The notes under the pieces were generated by a model. That model was given only the letters and a program-made list of their open reading frames with translations. It ran no database searches and was not told the origin of the DNA. The position numbers were made by a program, and so were the translations under genes. This document shows positions 18,612 through 27,716 of a DNA stretch of 42,565 nucleotides, in pieces (positions within the stretch are counted from its first letter, which is position 1; the number at the start of each line of letters is the position of its first letter). The DNA comes from a virus, in IMG/VR virus record IMGVR_UViG_3300042286_000173; one strand, given 5' to 3'.

Positions 18612-20069
18612 ATGCTCAACGATCCGCTTAACATTATCAGCCTGACAGGCGACGGGGTTCAGACGGTCTTTGACGTCCCTTTCAAAATATGGGACGTGAC
18701 CGAGCTTGAGGTATCCGTACTCACCGCGTCGGGCACGTCTACCGTCGTGTCGGACTGGACGGCCACTATTTCACCCAGCGGTTTAGGCGGCACGGTGACA
18801 TACCCGACCGCTGGCACACCTCTCCCCCTCGGGGATAAACTTGTTGTCCGGCGTGTGGTCCCTATCCAGCAGAAAGTGGACCTCGTCCATGCCAACCGCG
18901 TATTGCCCGACGTGGTGGAAAACGCACTCGACCGGCTCACGGCCATGGTGGCGCAGAACGCGGAAGAGGTTGACAGGGCGGTTAAAGGCGCGCCCGGGCA
19001 GACAGCCACCGATTACCTGAACGAGATTGACGCGGACCGTGCAGCCGCGGAGCTTGCGGCTCAGAACGCGCAGGCCGCACAGACCGCTGCGGAGCAGGCG
19101 CAGACCGCCGCGGAAAGCGCGGCAGGTAATGCTGAGGCTTCTGCTATTAGGGCGGAGACAGCTGCTGAACAGGCTGAGCTGCCTATTGCCTCACCCGGAG
19201 AGGAGGGGAAAGTTCTTACAGTCTCTCCTTCGTTAGGTCCGGAGTGGGCAGAGGTGCCTGAGGAGCTTCCTTCCTACACACCGTTGGATGCTGGAAAGAC
19301 CCTGTCTGTTAACGCAGGAGGGGACGCAGTAGAGTGGACAGAGCGTGTTAATATTGCTCCACAAACGATAGTGAGGGCTCAAGTGGGTTCTCGTCCCGAC
19401 GGTTGGACGGCTGCTGACTGTGACGCGCCTGTAGCCAGTCTGTCCCACAGCGGTAACGTGGTGACGGTCGAGGCAGGCCTACAAGTAGCCTACGCTGACA
19501 ACGGTAGAGTACAGCTTTCTGAGGAACTGTCATCTCCACAAACTGTTGACCTGTCCTCAGCGGCTGACGGGACGCCCTATGTGTACGCTGATATAGATGA
19601 AGACGGGACTTTCTCTGGATTTGGTCATACAGCCGCTACGCCAATGGTAGGAACTGAGCGAAGCGGTGCGGGAGACCTCTACAACCCAGTCACTGTTACG
19701 CATTATAACAACTCTGATGCCCCTATACGCCGGGTGTACCTCGGGTGGGTTGAAAAGAATGGCGGCGTCATTACGGATGTGCATTGCTACAGTCTTGGCA
19801 GCAGTGTGACATTGCCGGTCTATGGTGGTGAGTTGGTGGACAAGGGGATGAACGTTTGGGAGGCGCCTCCGTTTGTTCTCAGCAAGAACGCTAGCGCAGA
19901 GGCGCAGATAGTTGCAGAAGGGCACTGGGGAAGCAGTGGTTGGCTATTTAGTCCAGAAGGAGGGGTTGGGGTAAGAGTCCATATTCTCACATACATGCTC
20001 GTGCACACTGGGGAAGATTTATTAACAGCACCAAACCGAGTACGCGTAACAGTGGATAGGGGGTATTAA
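18612..20069 (+). CDS. Tail fibre protein (T7 gp17-type N-terminal adaptor domain)
   Basis: AGGAGG lies 5 nt upstream. The N-terminus ...LTGDGVQTVFDVPFKIWDVTELEVSV...GDKLVVRRVVPIQQKVDL...ALDRLTAMVAQNAEE matches the podovirus fibre N-domain pattern. An A/Q-rich coiled coil follows, then a lower-GC distal domain. Confidence 0.8.
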   Translation: MLNDPLNIISLTGDGVQTVFDVPFKIWDVTELEVSVLTASGTSTVVSDWTATISPSGLGGTVTYPTAGTPLPLGDKLVVRRVVPIQQKVDLVHANRVLPDVVENALDRLTAMVAQNAEEVDRAVKGAPGQTATDYLNEIDADRAAAELAAQNAQAAQTAAEQAQTAAESAAGNAEASAIRAETAAEQAELPIASPGEEGKVLTVSPSLGPEWAEVPEELPSYTPLDAGKTLSVNAGGDAVEWTERVNIAPQTIVRAQVGSRPDGWTAADCDAPVASLSHSGNVVTVEAGLQVAYADNGRVQLSEELSSPQTVDLSSAADGTPYVYADIDEDGTFSGFGHTAATPMVGTERSGAGDLYNPVTVTHYNNSDAPIRRVYLGWVEKNGGVITDVHCYSLGSSVTLPVYGGELVDKGMNVWEAPPFVLSKNASAEAQIVAEGHWGSSGWLFSPEGGVGVRVHILTYMLVHTGEDLLTAPNRVRVTVDRGY

Positions 20070-20070
20070 C

Positions 20071-20442
20071 ATGCCGATATACGCAAAAGCAGGCGAGAGT
20101 TTGCAACATGCAATGACAGAGTCTCAGGCACGGAAAATGCCTGACTTGGTTTTGATGTCCGGCCCGCGTCCGTCCGCGCTGCATGTGGCCGATGCTTCCG
20201 GCGGCTGGGTGGTCAGCGAGGACCTGGCGAGGGCTGAGAGGGACTACCGGCTCCGGTGCTATGTTGACTGCATGAATCCCGCATGGTGGGAAACGCTCCC
20301 GCAGCAGGACAAAGACGCGATTCAGGCATACCGGCAGGCACTCCTTGACGTGCCGCAGCAGCTTGACTTCCCGCATGATATTAACTGGCCGCAAAAGCCG
20401 GAACTGCTTTCCGGCGATGACGTGCTGATGCAACCTAGATAA
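20071..20442 (+). CDS. Tail fibre assembly chaperone
   Basis: 123 aa directly after the fibre gene. ...WWETLPQQDKDAIQAYRQALLDVPQQLDFPHDINWPQKPE is the typical C-terminal pattern of tail-fibre-assembly proteins. Confidence 0.7.
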   Translation: MPIYAKAGESLQHAMTESQARKMPDLVLMSGPRPSALHVADASGGWVVSEDLARAERDYRLRCYVDCMNPAWWETLPQQDKDAIQAYRQALLDVPQQLDFPHDINWPQKPELLSGDDVLMQPR

Positions 20443-20555
20443 ACTCACTCGCTCACTTGCGCCACCGGGGAGGGCGAGGAGTGCTGTTCGGCGGGTTCGG
20501 CCCCCGAGGTCTACGCGGACGTTATGATCTGGAAACTATAGCAACCCCGAAAACA

Positions 20556-20595
20556 CAAAAAGCCCCGCTCACCCGGAAAAGGTGGCGGGGCTTAT
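20556..20595. terminator. Bidirectional intrinsic terminator between the convergent arms
   Basis: aaaaa-GCCCCGC(t)CACC-cggaaaa-GGTG-GCGGGGC-ttatt. 7+4 bp stem with one bulge, with A-run and T-run flanks. Confidence 0.8.
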
Positions 20596-20653
20596 TCACG
20601 TTCTGCGCCAACTTATAATTTCGGCGGTAGGTGCAGGTGCTCTGCCTAGTTGA

Positions 20654-20725
20654 GCTAGCGGCCCGAAATCATTAGAAGCGTCTCAGGTTATTTGAGACAC
20701 AAACTTTTTTCACCCGGGCCGCTAG
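20654..20725. repeat. 11-bp inverted repeat (ctagcggcccg / cgggccgctag) enclosing an inner hairpin (gtctca-N7-tgagac)
   Basis: Read directly at 20654-20664, 20715-20725 and 20679-20697. It lies immediately 3' of the last leftward gene. Confidence 0.8.
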
Positions 20726-20730
20726 ATAGC

Positions 20731-20991
20731 CTACTGACTGTGGGTTGTCAAGGGCCGTTTTACCTCGGCGTCCAGTTCAGCTTCGTAGCCTGCGAGCTTC
20801 TTCTCCTTCCACGGTTTCTGTGTTTTCTTGTACTGGTACGCTCGGTCGCCATAAACCCATCTCGCACCGTAGTGAGCGAAGCCACATTTGGGGCATCCGC
20901 CGTCGCCATGCAGACCACCGTCAGGGTCATGGTCGAACACCCATTCGCAGGAGGCGCACACCCGGAGCTTGGCCTTTAGTTGTTTTGTCAT
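20731..20991 (-). CDS. Small zinc-ribbon-like protein (86 aa)
   Basis: Two Cys pairs (CASCEW...CPKCGF) and a basic C-terminus. Last gene of the leftward arm. Confidence 0.6.
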   Translation of the reverse strand: MTKQLKAKLRVCASCEWVFDHDPDGGLHGDGGCPKCGFAHYGARWVYGDRAYQYKKTQKPWKEKKLAGYEAELDAEVKRPLTTHSQ

Positions 20992-21003
20992 GTCAGTACC
21001 TAC

Positions 21004-21195
21004 TTATGCTTCATCAGGTGTTTCGTCGCCTTTTGCATTCAGCACAGCCTCTGCGATACGCTCATCATATAGACGTTTAATCTCCGCCAGCTTTTGCGCG
21101 TACGTGGTTCGCCCGTCCACCCACAAGTATATTGCACGCGGCGGAGCATTACGGATCTGTCTTGTTGTTACGCCTGTGCCCTTTTGATCGTTCAC
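21004..21195 (-). CDS. Hypothetical protein (63 aa)
   Basis: Its ORF overlaps the upstream thyX stop by 4 nt, consistent with translational coupling. No recognisable motif. Confidence 0.5.
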   Translation of the reverse strand: MNDQKGTGVTTRQIRNAPPRAIYLWVDGRTTYAQKLAEIKRLYDERIAEAVLNAKGDETPDEA

Positions 21196-21977
21196 CGGCT
21201 TTTCTCCTCTTTCTTTTTATACTCATACAATAGATCGGCGAACACCGGCGGGAATATCTCCGCCAGTGAGTGCAGCACGCCGACCATAAGAGCCCGCATC
21301 TGCGGGTGTGGCCTGCCGGTTACGCCGAGCGCACGCAGCCGCATGAATGACTCGCGCCACTGGCGGAGATTTGCGGTTATGACTATTTCTGTTTTCACCG
21401 CGTGGCCGAGAACCTCGCGCGCCTGCTCCGGCTGCCACCCCGCCGAGCGGAGTTCTTTGTACTGCTGTTCGTTCACAGCGCACGCGTACCCGAACAGCTC
21501 CTCGGCACGTGTGAGCGGTGTTTCAGGATCGGCAGGTTCCATATCATCCACAGCAAAAACATATTCGCGGCATTTAATGTTCGCCCACACCGGCCTGATA
21601 TACCGGATGTGACCGTCCGCGTAGTCCACATACCGTGTGGACTCCTGCGCGTATGACGCGATGCGGTGCCGCACAATCTCGTGGGATACTCCCCTGTTCG
21701 TGACGCACAACACCGTGGCTGTTGCATGCTCAAGCATGGCAGTATGCCCGCGGTTAATCAGCATGCGCACGAACCGCTGCGCTGAATGATAGTTACACTC
21801 CACGTTATCGCATCGGTCCCCGAGGATCTCGGGGTTTTTCACAAACAAACAGCCGCCTTTCGCGCGGCATCCGATTTTATCCTCGGACTTGTAGCATACG
21901 CGCGCCACTGTCTCGACGAGGCCCAGCTCGTCGGTATCGGCTTTGATAATCTTGTGGCTCTGTTCAATAATTTTCAT
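21192..21977 (-). CDS. thyX: FAD-dependent thymidylate synthase ThyX
   Basis: EIVRHRIASYAQESTRY matches the ThyX signature RHRxxSxxxxSxR. Upstream ...LINRGHTAMLEH. 261 aa. Confidence 0.9.
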   Translation of the reverse strand: MKIIEQSHKIIKADTDELGLVETVARVCYKSEDKIGCRAKGGCLFVKNPEILGDRCDNVECNYHSAQRFVRMLINRGHTAMLEHATATVLCVTNRGVSHEIVRHRIASYAQESTRYVDYADGHIRYIRPVWANIKCREYVFAVDDMEPADPETPLTRAEELFGYACAVNEQQYKELRSAGWQPEQAREVLGHAVKTEIVITANLRQWRESFMRLRALGVTGRPHPQMRALMVGVLHSLAEIFPPVFADLLYEYKKKEEKSR

Positions 21978-21985
21978 AAGCTCCC

Positions 21986-22639
21986 CTACATGAAAAGGTC
22001 GTCGTCTTCCGTGACGGTTTCGATGGGTTGCTCCGCTTTACCGCTTTCCCCCGCGGGCGGTGTCGGCTCAAGGTCTCGCAGCCGCGCAGTGAGGGACGCC
22101 GTATCCGCTTCAATCCGTTTGAGTATCGCGATGACTTCCTCGAACCCTTCGGCCTCGGACGACTTGAGCGCTCTTTCCCCTGCCTGCGCCACGATATACG
22201 CCAGTGATCCGCCGTAGCACAAAGGGCGGAGCACGCGGTCCCCTTTCTTGTTCGTGGTGATCTTCGCGAGCGTTATGCAGTTAGCGTCAGAGCTTATGCA
22301 GTAATCCGCGCCCGCCATTTTAAACTCCAGATACATATCGTCCCTCGCATCCGAGTGCCCGGCCACCCTTGCGAGGTAGCCGGGGTTTTCAATTTCTTTA
22401 TGCGCCATTTGAACCACGATGTTCGGGTAATCAGTCGTGGCTATGTGGAACCCCGTCCCGGCCATGAGCGCCTCCCGCTTGAGCAGGTGAAAGTGCGGGT
22501 GCGTTATCAGCGAGTCGTACCTGTCCAGCAGGTTACGGCACAGCGCGTCGTATTCGGCGTCCGATATAGCGGATGTGTCCATCTGGTAGTACAGGAACGA
22601 GTAGACCAGATACGCCCCGACGGTCTGCGGTACGTGCAT
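21986..22639 (-). CDS. Hypothetical protein whose N-terminus resembles NAD-dependent DNA ligase domain Ia
   Basis: SFLYYQMDTSAISDAEYDALCRNLLDRYDSLITHP parallels the LigA Ia pattern YY..D.P.ISDAEYD.L...L. The remainder was not recognised. Confidence 0.6.
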   Translation of the reverse strand: MHVPQTVGAYLVYSFLYYQMDTSAISDAEYDALCRNLLDRYDSLITHPHFHLLKREALMAGTGFHIATTDYPNIVVQMAHKEIENPGYLARVAGHSDARDDMYLEFKMAGADYCISSDANCITLAKITTNKKGDRVLRPLCYGGSLAYIVAQAGERALKSSEAEGFEEVIAILKRIEADTASLTARLRDLEPTPPAGESGKAEQPIETVTEDDDLFM

Positions 22640-22658
22640 GGTGGCCGCCCTCCTTCCC

Positions 22659-24944
22659 TTAATCTTTTCTGAACCGCAAGCCGCGCCAGCCGCCGCTTGC
22701 TTTGAGCGGGAACCCTTCCGCCCACGGCGGGAGCTCCGCCATTATCGCCTCGAACTCTTCAACGGTACCGCGGGCTTTTACGACCTCGGCCACCGCTTCG
22801 TCGTGCACGTGGAGCACGATAGGGTACCCTGCCGCCTCGAGTTTGGGCATGGCATGCGCGAGTATGTCGCGCGCGAGTGCCTGTGTTTCGTTTTCCACGA
22901 GCTTTCCGCCGTATGTGTGCTGCCTGACCCAGCGCGCCGTATGGTCGAGACCCATGTACGTGACGCACCATTTCTTTTCGCCCCAGCTTGTTTTCTTCTG
23001 AGACATACGGGGATTGTAGTAGTAAAGCATCCGGCCGGACGCCAGAAGCATTTTGAGATATCCGCCTTTCACGCAGAACCTGCTCCTCCCCGCGGTAAAA
23101 ACGCGGCCGGGGTTCTGCACTGCTTTTGCTGCCGCGTACTCCATCCGCTTCCAGTGCTCCACTGTCGCGGGCCTGTCTGCGCGCCATTTCTGTTTTATGA
23201 TGTCACAGGCCATTGCGGCCTCGTGGCTCATGGGCGGGATGTACGGCTCGCCTTTTTTCTTTGCATTGTTCTCACAGGTCGTGAGATATGTTTTCGCCAT
23301 GCGGTCGGCGAACTCGCTTTCCCTGTCAGACGCGAGCGGAAAAACAATGGCCGGGAGCGTCTCGAGGTCTATGCCGTACACTTCCGCCATGCTCGAGAAC
23401 GCACCTATGCCTCCGCCGTAGCCGAGGCCGAGCTCGGTGGGCTTTCCGACCGTGCGTTTTCTCTTGTCGCCTTTCTCCTTATACTCGGCGTACAGCTCCT
23501 CGTACGTTCCGCCGAAAACAGTCGTTGCCGCCACGATGTACATATCGCGGTTGTGATTGTAGTGGTCGAGTACGTGGTTCTCCCCAGCGGACCACGCGAG
23601 CCCGCGGCCTTCAATGGACGAGTAGTCCGAGCACACAAGGTCGCAGCCCTCGCCCGCTATTAACGCGGGGCGGATGAGCGTAGACGCAACGCCGAGCAGA
23701 TCCTGATAAAACATTTCGAGCAGCTCATCGTCACCGGCGGCCGCCACGGCTATGGCGGTTTCGTAGTCGCCGAAGTGGCCTCGCGGCAGGTTCTGGACCT
23801 GCAGCCCTTTTCCCGCCCAGCGGCCGGTGCCCGCGCCGTGGTACCGGAACAAGTCGCGTATGCGTCCATCCGCGCACACCATGGCCTTGATCGAGTTGTA
23901 CTTTGCCGTGGATGCCTTGGACAGCGTCTGCCTGATTTCAAGGAACCGGCGCGCTTTCGGTGGCAGGTCACCCGCGAGCGCTTTCTTGACCACGTCCTTT
24001 GTCAGACTGTACAGGTCTACGCCTTGCGAGCCGAGCCACGTTTTTATCTTGTCCACCTGCTTGCCGGTCTGCACTTCGCCGCCGGTGAGCTCGCGCAATT
24101 CTGTTACGAGCCTCTCCTCTGTGCGGGAGATGAGCCCGAGCATACTATCTACGAGGTCGAGGTCAACGCACACGCCGCGCCTGTTGATCTTCTGGTCGAG
24201 CTGCCACAGCTCCAGCTCCTGCGCGGGCATGTGTGGCACGGCGGCGTCGAGCGCTTCCTCGGTGGCCGTGTCCTGCATGCAGTATTCAAACAGTTTGATA
24301 TAGTCGTGCGGGCAGTCTTCCGGCTCGTGCCACAGATACACGTTTTCACCTGTTGCGGGGTTGAACCACGTTTTCGTGTCTACCTGCTCGAGGCCGCGTT
24401 CGATCATTTCCGCCCGCTCCGCTTTCCTCGCGGCCCGGGGTTTGCACAGCTTCATCATCACCCTGTGCCCGTCGCCGTCTTTCTGCATAGGCAGGTCGAG
24501 CGCTTTTCCTATCTGGTCGAGCGTTCGCGGCAGGGAGCACATGGCCGAACGCGCCGCAGTGCACCGCAGTTTTTCCAGCGGCAAGGGCGGCGCCCCGAAT
24601 TTTGTCTCCATCTGCTTTTCCCATACCGCTTGCTCGAACCCCGCATTAAACGCGCTTATGTACTGCGCGCGCATAATGTCGTAGACGCCGCCGCCGGTGG
24701 CCTCGCACACGTCCTGCAGACTGAGGCCGTGGGTGCGGTACCATTCATCCCATTCCCGCAGCAGAACGGCCGCAAGTCTTTCTCTGAGCCACTCGGGTAC
24801 CCATATTTTAGGTGCGTGCTTTTTCGGTTTGACCGCCAGACAAAGAACGCTGGTAGTCGGGTCTTCCGCATACCGATGTGCACCCGCTTTCTGGATGTTG
24901 CAGGCGCTGCGGGTTTCAAAGTCTATTGATATCGGTATCACCAT
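22659..24944 (-). CDS. Family A DNA polymerase with 3'-5' exonuclease domain
   Basis: Exo I ISIDFETRS. Motif A DYSSIEGRGLAW. Motif B RTVGKPTELGLGYGGG. Motif C LHVHDEAV. ATG at 24944 follows GGAGGTGG, and the ORF-track start at 24971 is a GTG without an RBS. Confidence 0.9.
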   Translation of the reverse strand: MVIPISIDFETRSACNIQKAGAHRYAEDPTTSVLCLAVKPKKHAPKIWVPEWLRERLAAVLLREWDEWYRTHGLSLQDVCEATGGGVYDIMRAQYISAFNAGFEQAVWEKQMETKFGAPPLPLEKLRCTAARSAMCSLPRTLDQIGKALDLPMQKDGDGHRVMMKLCKPRAARKAERAEMIERGLEQVDTKTWFNPATGENVYLWHEPEDCPHDYIKLFEYCMQDTATEEALDAAVPHMPAQELELWQLDQKINRRGVCVDLDLVDSMLGLISRTEERLVTELRELTGGEVQTGKQVDKIKTWLGSQGVDLYSLTKDVVKKALAGDLPPKARRFLEIRQTLSKASTAKYNSIKAMVCADGRIRDLFRYHGAGTGRWAGKGLQVQNLPRGHFGDYETAIAVAAAGDDELLEMFYQDLLGVASTLIRPALIAGEGCDLVCSDYSSIEGRGLAWSAGENHVLDHYNHNRDMYIVAATTVFGGTYEELYAEYKEKGDKRKRTVGKPTELGLGYGGGIGAFSSMAEVYGIDLETLPAIVFPLASDRESEFADRMAKTYLTTCENNAKKKGEPYIPPMSHEAAMACDIIKQKWRADRPATVEHWKRMEYAAAKAVQNPGRVFTAGRSRFCVKGGYLKMLLASGRMLYYYNPRMSQKKTSWGEKKWCVTYMGLDHTARWVRQHTYGGKLVENETQALARDILAHAMPKLEAAGYPIVLHVHDEAVAEVVKARGTVEEFEAIMAELPPWAEGFPLKASGGWRGLRFRKD

Positions 24945-24964
24945 GTTTCCACCTCCATAAAGCA

Positions 24965-24988
24965 GCGGCACCCCACAAAGGGTGCCGC
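24965..24988 (-). terminator. 9-bp GC hairpin between the SSB and polymerase genes (attenuator or partial terminator)
   Basis: gcggcaccc-cacaaa-gggtgccgc read directly. On the minus strand it is followed by ugcuuuau. Confidence 0.55.
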
Positions 24989-25005
24989 CTGATTATGAGG
25001 GTAGA

Positions 25006-25728
25006 CTACAGACCGAGGTCATCATCAAAATCCCCACTATCTGAGGAACCGGAGTTTCCGTCGTCTTCATAGTTGAGCGGATCGTCCGAGCCGTCACCGG
25101 CGCCGAACGCGGATGCGGCATCTTCTGCGGCGGCACCGCCGCCGAAGGGTGTGCCGGGGTCGCCGTCGATGGTCAGCACCTGAACGGCTTCGATGATGAG
25201 GCCGACGCCCTGAGCCTTGCCGCCTTTTTCGAGCTGGAAATCGTACGCCCAGCTCGAAACCTGAATCTTGGCGAACCGGCCGCCGTATACTTCCTCGGGG
25301 TCGGTAATGGGCTGGCGGGGATTCTTGCCGAAAATCAGGAAACGCGCGTTGCCATTCTTGGTCGGCCATGCGCTCGCGTTGAATATGTACGAGGCTTCGT
25401 ACATATAGTTTTTCTCCTGATCCTCGTCGAATTTCTCGTCGCCGTCCCGGAACCACGCAGCTTCTTTAATCTGCTTTTTCACCTTGGCGGGGATCGCGTC
25501 GCCCCACTTTTCCTTGGCGGTGTTGGCCGCCATACGCTGCACGGCCTTTTTCATTTCCGCCATGGTCATGTCGGGGTGGCCGGGGCGCTTGAGCACCGCG
25601 TCTTTCGGAATGATAAAAGACGTGGTGAACTTAGGTTTGCCATTGCCTTCGGGTTTCTGCGGCTCAAAGAGGGACGGGAACGAGAGGCGGCCGGTGCCGA
25701 GAACGACGGATTCCTTAATCTTGGACAT
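25006..25728 (-). CDS. ssDNA-binding protein (DUF2815 / T7 gp2.5-like)
   Basis: N-terminus MSKIKESVVLGTGRLSFPSLFEP and an acidic C-terminal tail ...SGDFDDDLGL. It sits between the DUF2800 nuclease and PolA, as in the known DUF2800-DUF2815-PolA module. Confidence 0.7.
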   Translation of the reverse strand: MSKIKESVVLGTGRLSFPSLFEPQKPEGNGKPKFTTSFIIPKDAVLKRPGHPDMTMAEMKKAVQRMAANTAKEKWGDAIPAKVKKQIKEAAWFRDGDEKFDEDQEKNYMYEASYIFNASAWPTKNGNARFLIFGKNPRQPITDPEEVYGGRFAKIQVSSWAYDFQLEKGGKAQGVGLIIEAVQVLTIDGDPGTPFGGGAAAEDAASAFGAGDGSDDPLNYEDDGNSGSSDSGDFDDDLGL

Positions 25729-25773
25729 GATCTTTTTCCTTCTGTTTCTTGTCTTTTTCAGAGTGGTTACAGG

Positions 25774-27063
25774 TTAATCGAAAAGCTCGTCGTGGAAGGC
25801 CGTTGTCACCGGAGCGCCCACGGCAGGCCGCTTGTCTGAAAGCGGAGCCACGGTTACGCCGGTGTCCGGCACTTCTATAAGCTGGGCCATAAACGCCAGT
25901 TCCTCCTTACGCTTCGGCGCGTTTGTTTTGCCCTGCGTCAAGGCTTTAACGACTTTCTCAACCTGCGCAGGGGATTTAAGCGCGACGGACAACACGTCAT
26001 TGCCGTAGCGCGCTGAAAGCAGCCGCTGTGCGTCCTGCTCGTTTGCCCATTGGCGGTGCGCTTTCTTCTGCACCAGCTTTGCGTTGATCTGGTTCATATC
26101 CGCACCACGCAAGAGCCTTGCCTCAATCTCGCCTTTACACGAGCGAATCCACGACTCAATGGTCGGGAACAGCTCGTTCAACTGGCCGAGCTGCTTATCG
26201 GTAAGCAGCTCAGGCGGAACAGGATCACATACCGGCTCGGGTTTGTCCGGCGTGCCGAACGCGGCAGCCACGGTATGCATGTGCATGCGTGCCACCTCAG
26301 GGCATGAGCCTTCGGCGCGGCACCATCTGCATTGTTTGGCGCCGGGGATGAGCGGCGCGTTGGGGTCCTCGGTGGCTCTGGCCGCGGACAGCAGATCCCC
26401 GCGTGCCCACTCGTATAACTCTGTTACCGATATGCGCCAGCGTTGCACTGGGTGGCCATGGCGGCACCGTGGCTGTACGATCACCAGCTCGACCTCTTCG
26501 TACATGTGCTCGTTATCGGGGCCGAGCGCGCCGAGCGCGTAGTATTTGAGCTGCGGGTTGTCTTCCACCTCCACCGCGACGCCCTGCCCGTGTTTGTAGT
26601 CGTAGACTCTCAGCACGTCGAGGGGTACGCCGAAATTGGCGTCGTTCGTCCCGAACAGGTCGGGGTGGAGCCACTCGAGGTGGAACCTCGCCTCGACCCC
26701 GAACACCATGGCGGATTTTTCGAGCGCGGCGAGTACGCCCTTACCGTCCAGAACGGACAGGTCAAGGTCGAGCGCTTGGATGATATCGCCGCGAATCTCT
26801 TCAATGTAGACCTGCACAGCGTCTGCCATGTCCACGTCAACGGGGTGCGGCTTTCCGTCGGCTGTGATTTTCTCGCCGAGGTGGTCGTGCGCGTTGGTGC
26901 CGTCGAGCAGGCACCGCTCGCCCAGCTCGTGGGCGGCGGTACCAAGGCTCGTATATTTTGACGGCGTATTGGGAATACCCGCGCACAACCGCACACTGCC
27001 TGGGCAGTTCATCCACATGGACGCGGACGACGCCCCGAGTTTGGAGTGCACGTTAGGTGCCAT
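25774..27063 (-). CDS. PD-(D/E)XK nuclease, DUF2800 / Cas4-like
   Basis: HSKLGASSASMWMNCPGS N-terminus and a C-terminal Cys cluster CRWCRAEGSCPE. 429 aa. Confidence 0.8.
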   Translation of the reverse strand: MAPNVHSKLGASSASMWMNCPGSVRLCAGIPNTPSKYTSLGTAAHELGERCLLDGTNAHDHLGEKITADGKPHPVDVDMADAVQVYIEEIRGDIIQALDLDLSVLDGKGVLAALEKSAMVFGVEARFHLEWLHPDLFGTNDANFGVPLDVLRVYDYKHGQGVAVEVEDNPQLKYYALGALGPDNEHMYEEVELVIVQPRCRHGHPVQRWRISVTELYEWARGDLLSAARATEDPNAPLIPGAKQCRWCRAEGSCPEVARMHMHTVAAAFGTPDKPEPVCDPVPPELLTDKQLGQLNELFPTIESWIRSCKGEIEARLLRGADMNQINAKLVQKKAHRQWANEQDAQRLLSARYGNDVLSVALKSPAQVEKVVKALTQGKTNAPKRKEELAFMAQLIEVPDTGVTVAPLSDKRPAVGAPVTTAFHDELFD

Positions 27064-27065
27064 GC

Positions 27066-27716
27066 CTACGCCCCCAGCTCTGCGAGAATCCGGCCGCGTG
27101 TTTCTTCGGGGACTGCGGACACGTTTTCAGCGCCGATATTGTCGAGCGCAGCCTTGACCTTGGCGCGGTTTTCAGCCTTGCCCGCCACCCACTTGATAAG
27201 GCGCTCTTTGAACTCTTCGAGGGTGACGGGTTTCTGCGGCTCATCGTCGAGGCCGAATTCGTCGTCATCATCCTGCGCGGGCTCGTCGCCGAACATATCC
27301 TCGGCGTCCGCGTCACCTTCCGGTTCCGCAGGCATGCTCGCCTTTTCCTCCTCAGTCGGGAACGCGTCCAACACACGTTGGTGCAGCTCGGCGCCGGTGG
27401 TCGAGGTTCCATAGCTGCCCCCCGTTTCGTCAAGAATCGCCTTAAGCACTTCCTGTTTTTCCGCGGTGTAGCGGGAGATAATGTTCCGGTCCTCTATAGG
27501 GTTCCATCCGAGTTTGCGGATGAGCGCCAAGTACGCAGGTTCGCCGCCGGTTTCGTTGGCCGCGGCAACGGTCTGCCTGCCTTCATCAGGTTTAACGGTG
27601 GGCACGTCTGCCGTGGCCACGAACGATACGCCGTCTGCCATTTTTTCGTTGGCGGCGGCGAGGCGCTCCACAGCGCAGACAAAACGGTCGAGCAGTGTGA
27701 TGAGTTTTTCAAACAT
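27066..27716 (-). CDS. Acidic hypothetical protein (216 aa), independently initiated, in frame with the SNF2 ORF
   Basis: ATG at 27716 follows TAAGGAGAAACCCG. Starts MFEKLITLLDRF and has an acidic D/E stretch. Confidence 0.6.
   Translation of the reverse strand: MFEKLITLLDRFVCAVERLAAANEKMADGVSFVATADVPTVKPDEGRQTVAAANETGGEPAYLALIRKLGWNPIEDRNIISRYTAEKQEVLKAILDETGGSYGTSTTGAELHQRVLDAFPTEEEKASMPAEPEGDADAEDMFGDEPAQDDDDEFGLDDEPQKPVTLEEFKERLIKWVAGKAENRAKVKAALDNIGAENVSAVPEETRGRILAELGA

Noticed and set aside
18612-20069. Diversity-generating retroelement targeting the fibre gene, prompted by the BPP-1-like head genes
   Set aside because: No ORF in the genome shows reverse-transcriptase motifs. I saw no template/variable repeat pair near the 3' end of the fibre gene.
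20632-20664. A complete tRNA gene, or an attP core with associated integrase
   Set aside because: Only the acceptor-5' strand, D-arm and 5' anticodon-stem strand are present. There is no complementary anticodon-stem strand, T-arm or 3' acceptor, and no integrase or recombinase ORF exists in the genome. It is kept only as a tRNA-like fragment in the findings.
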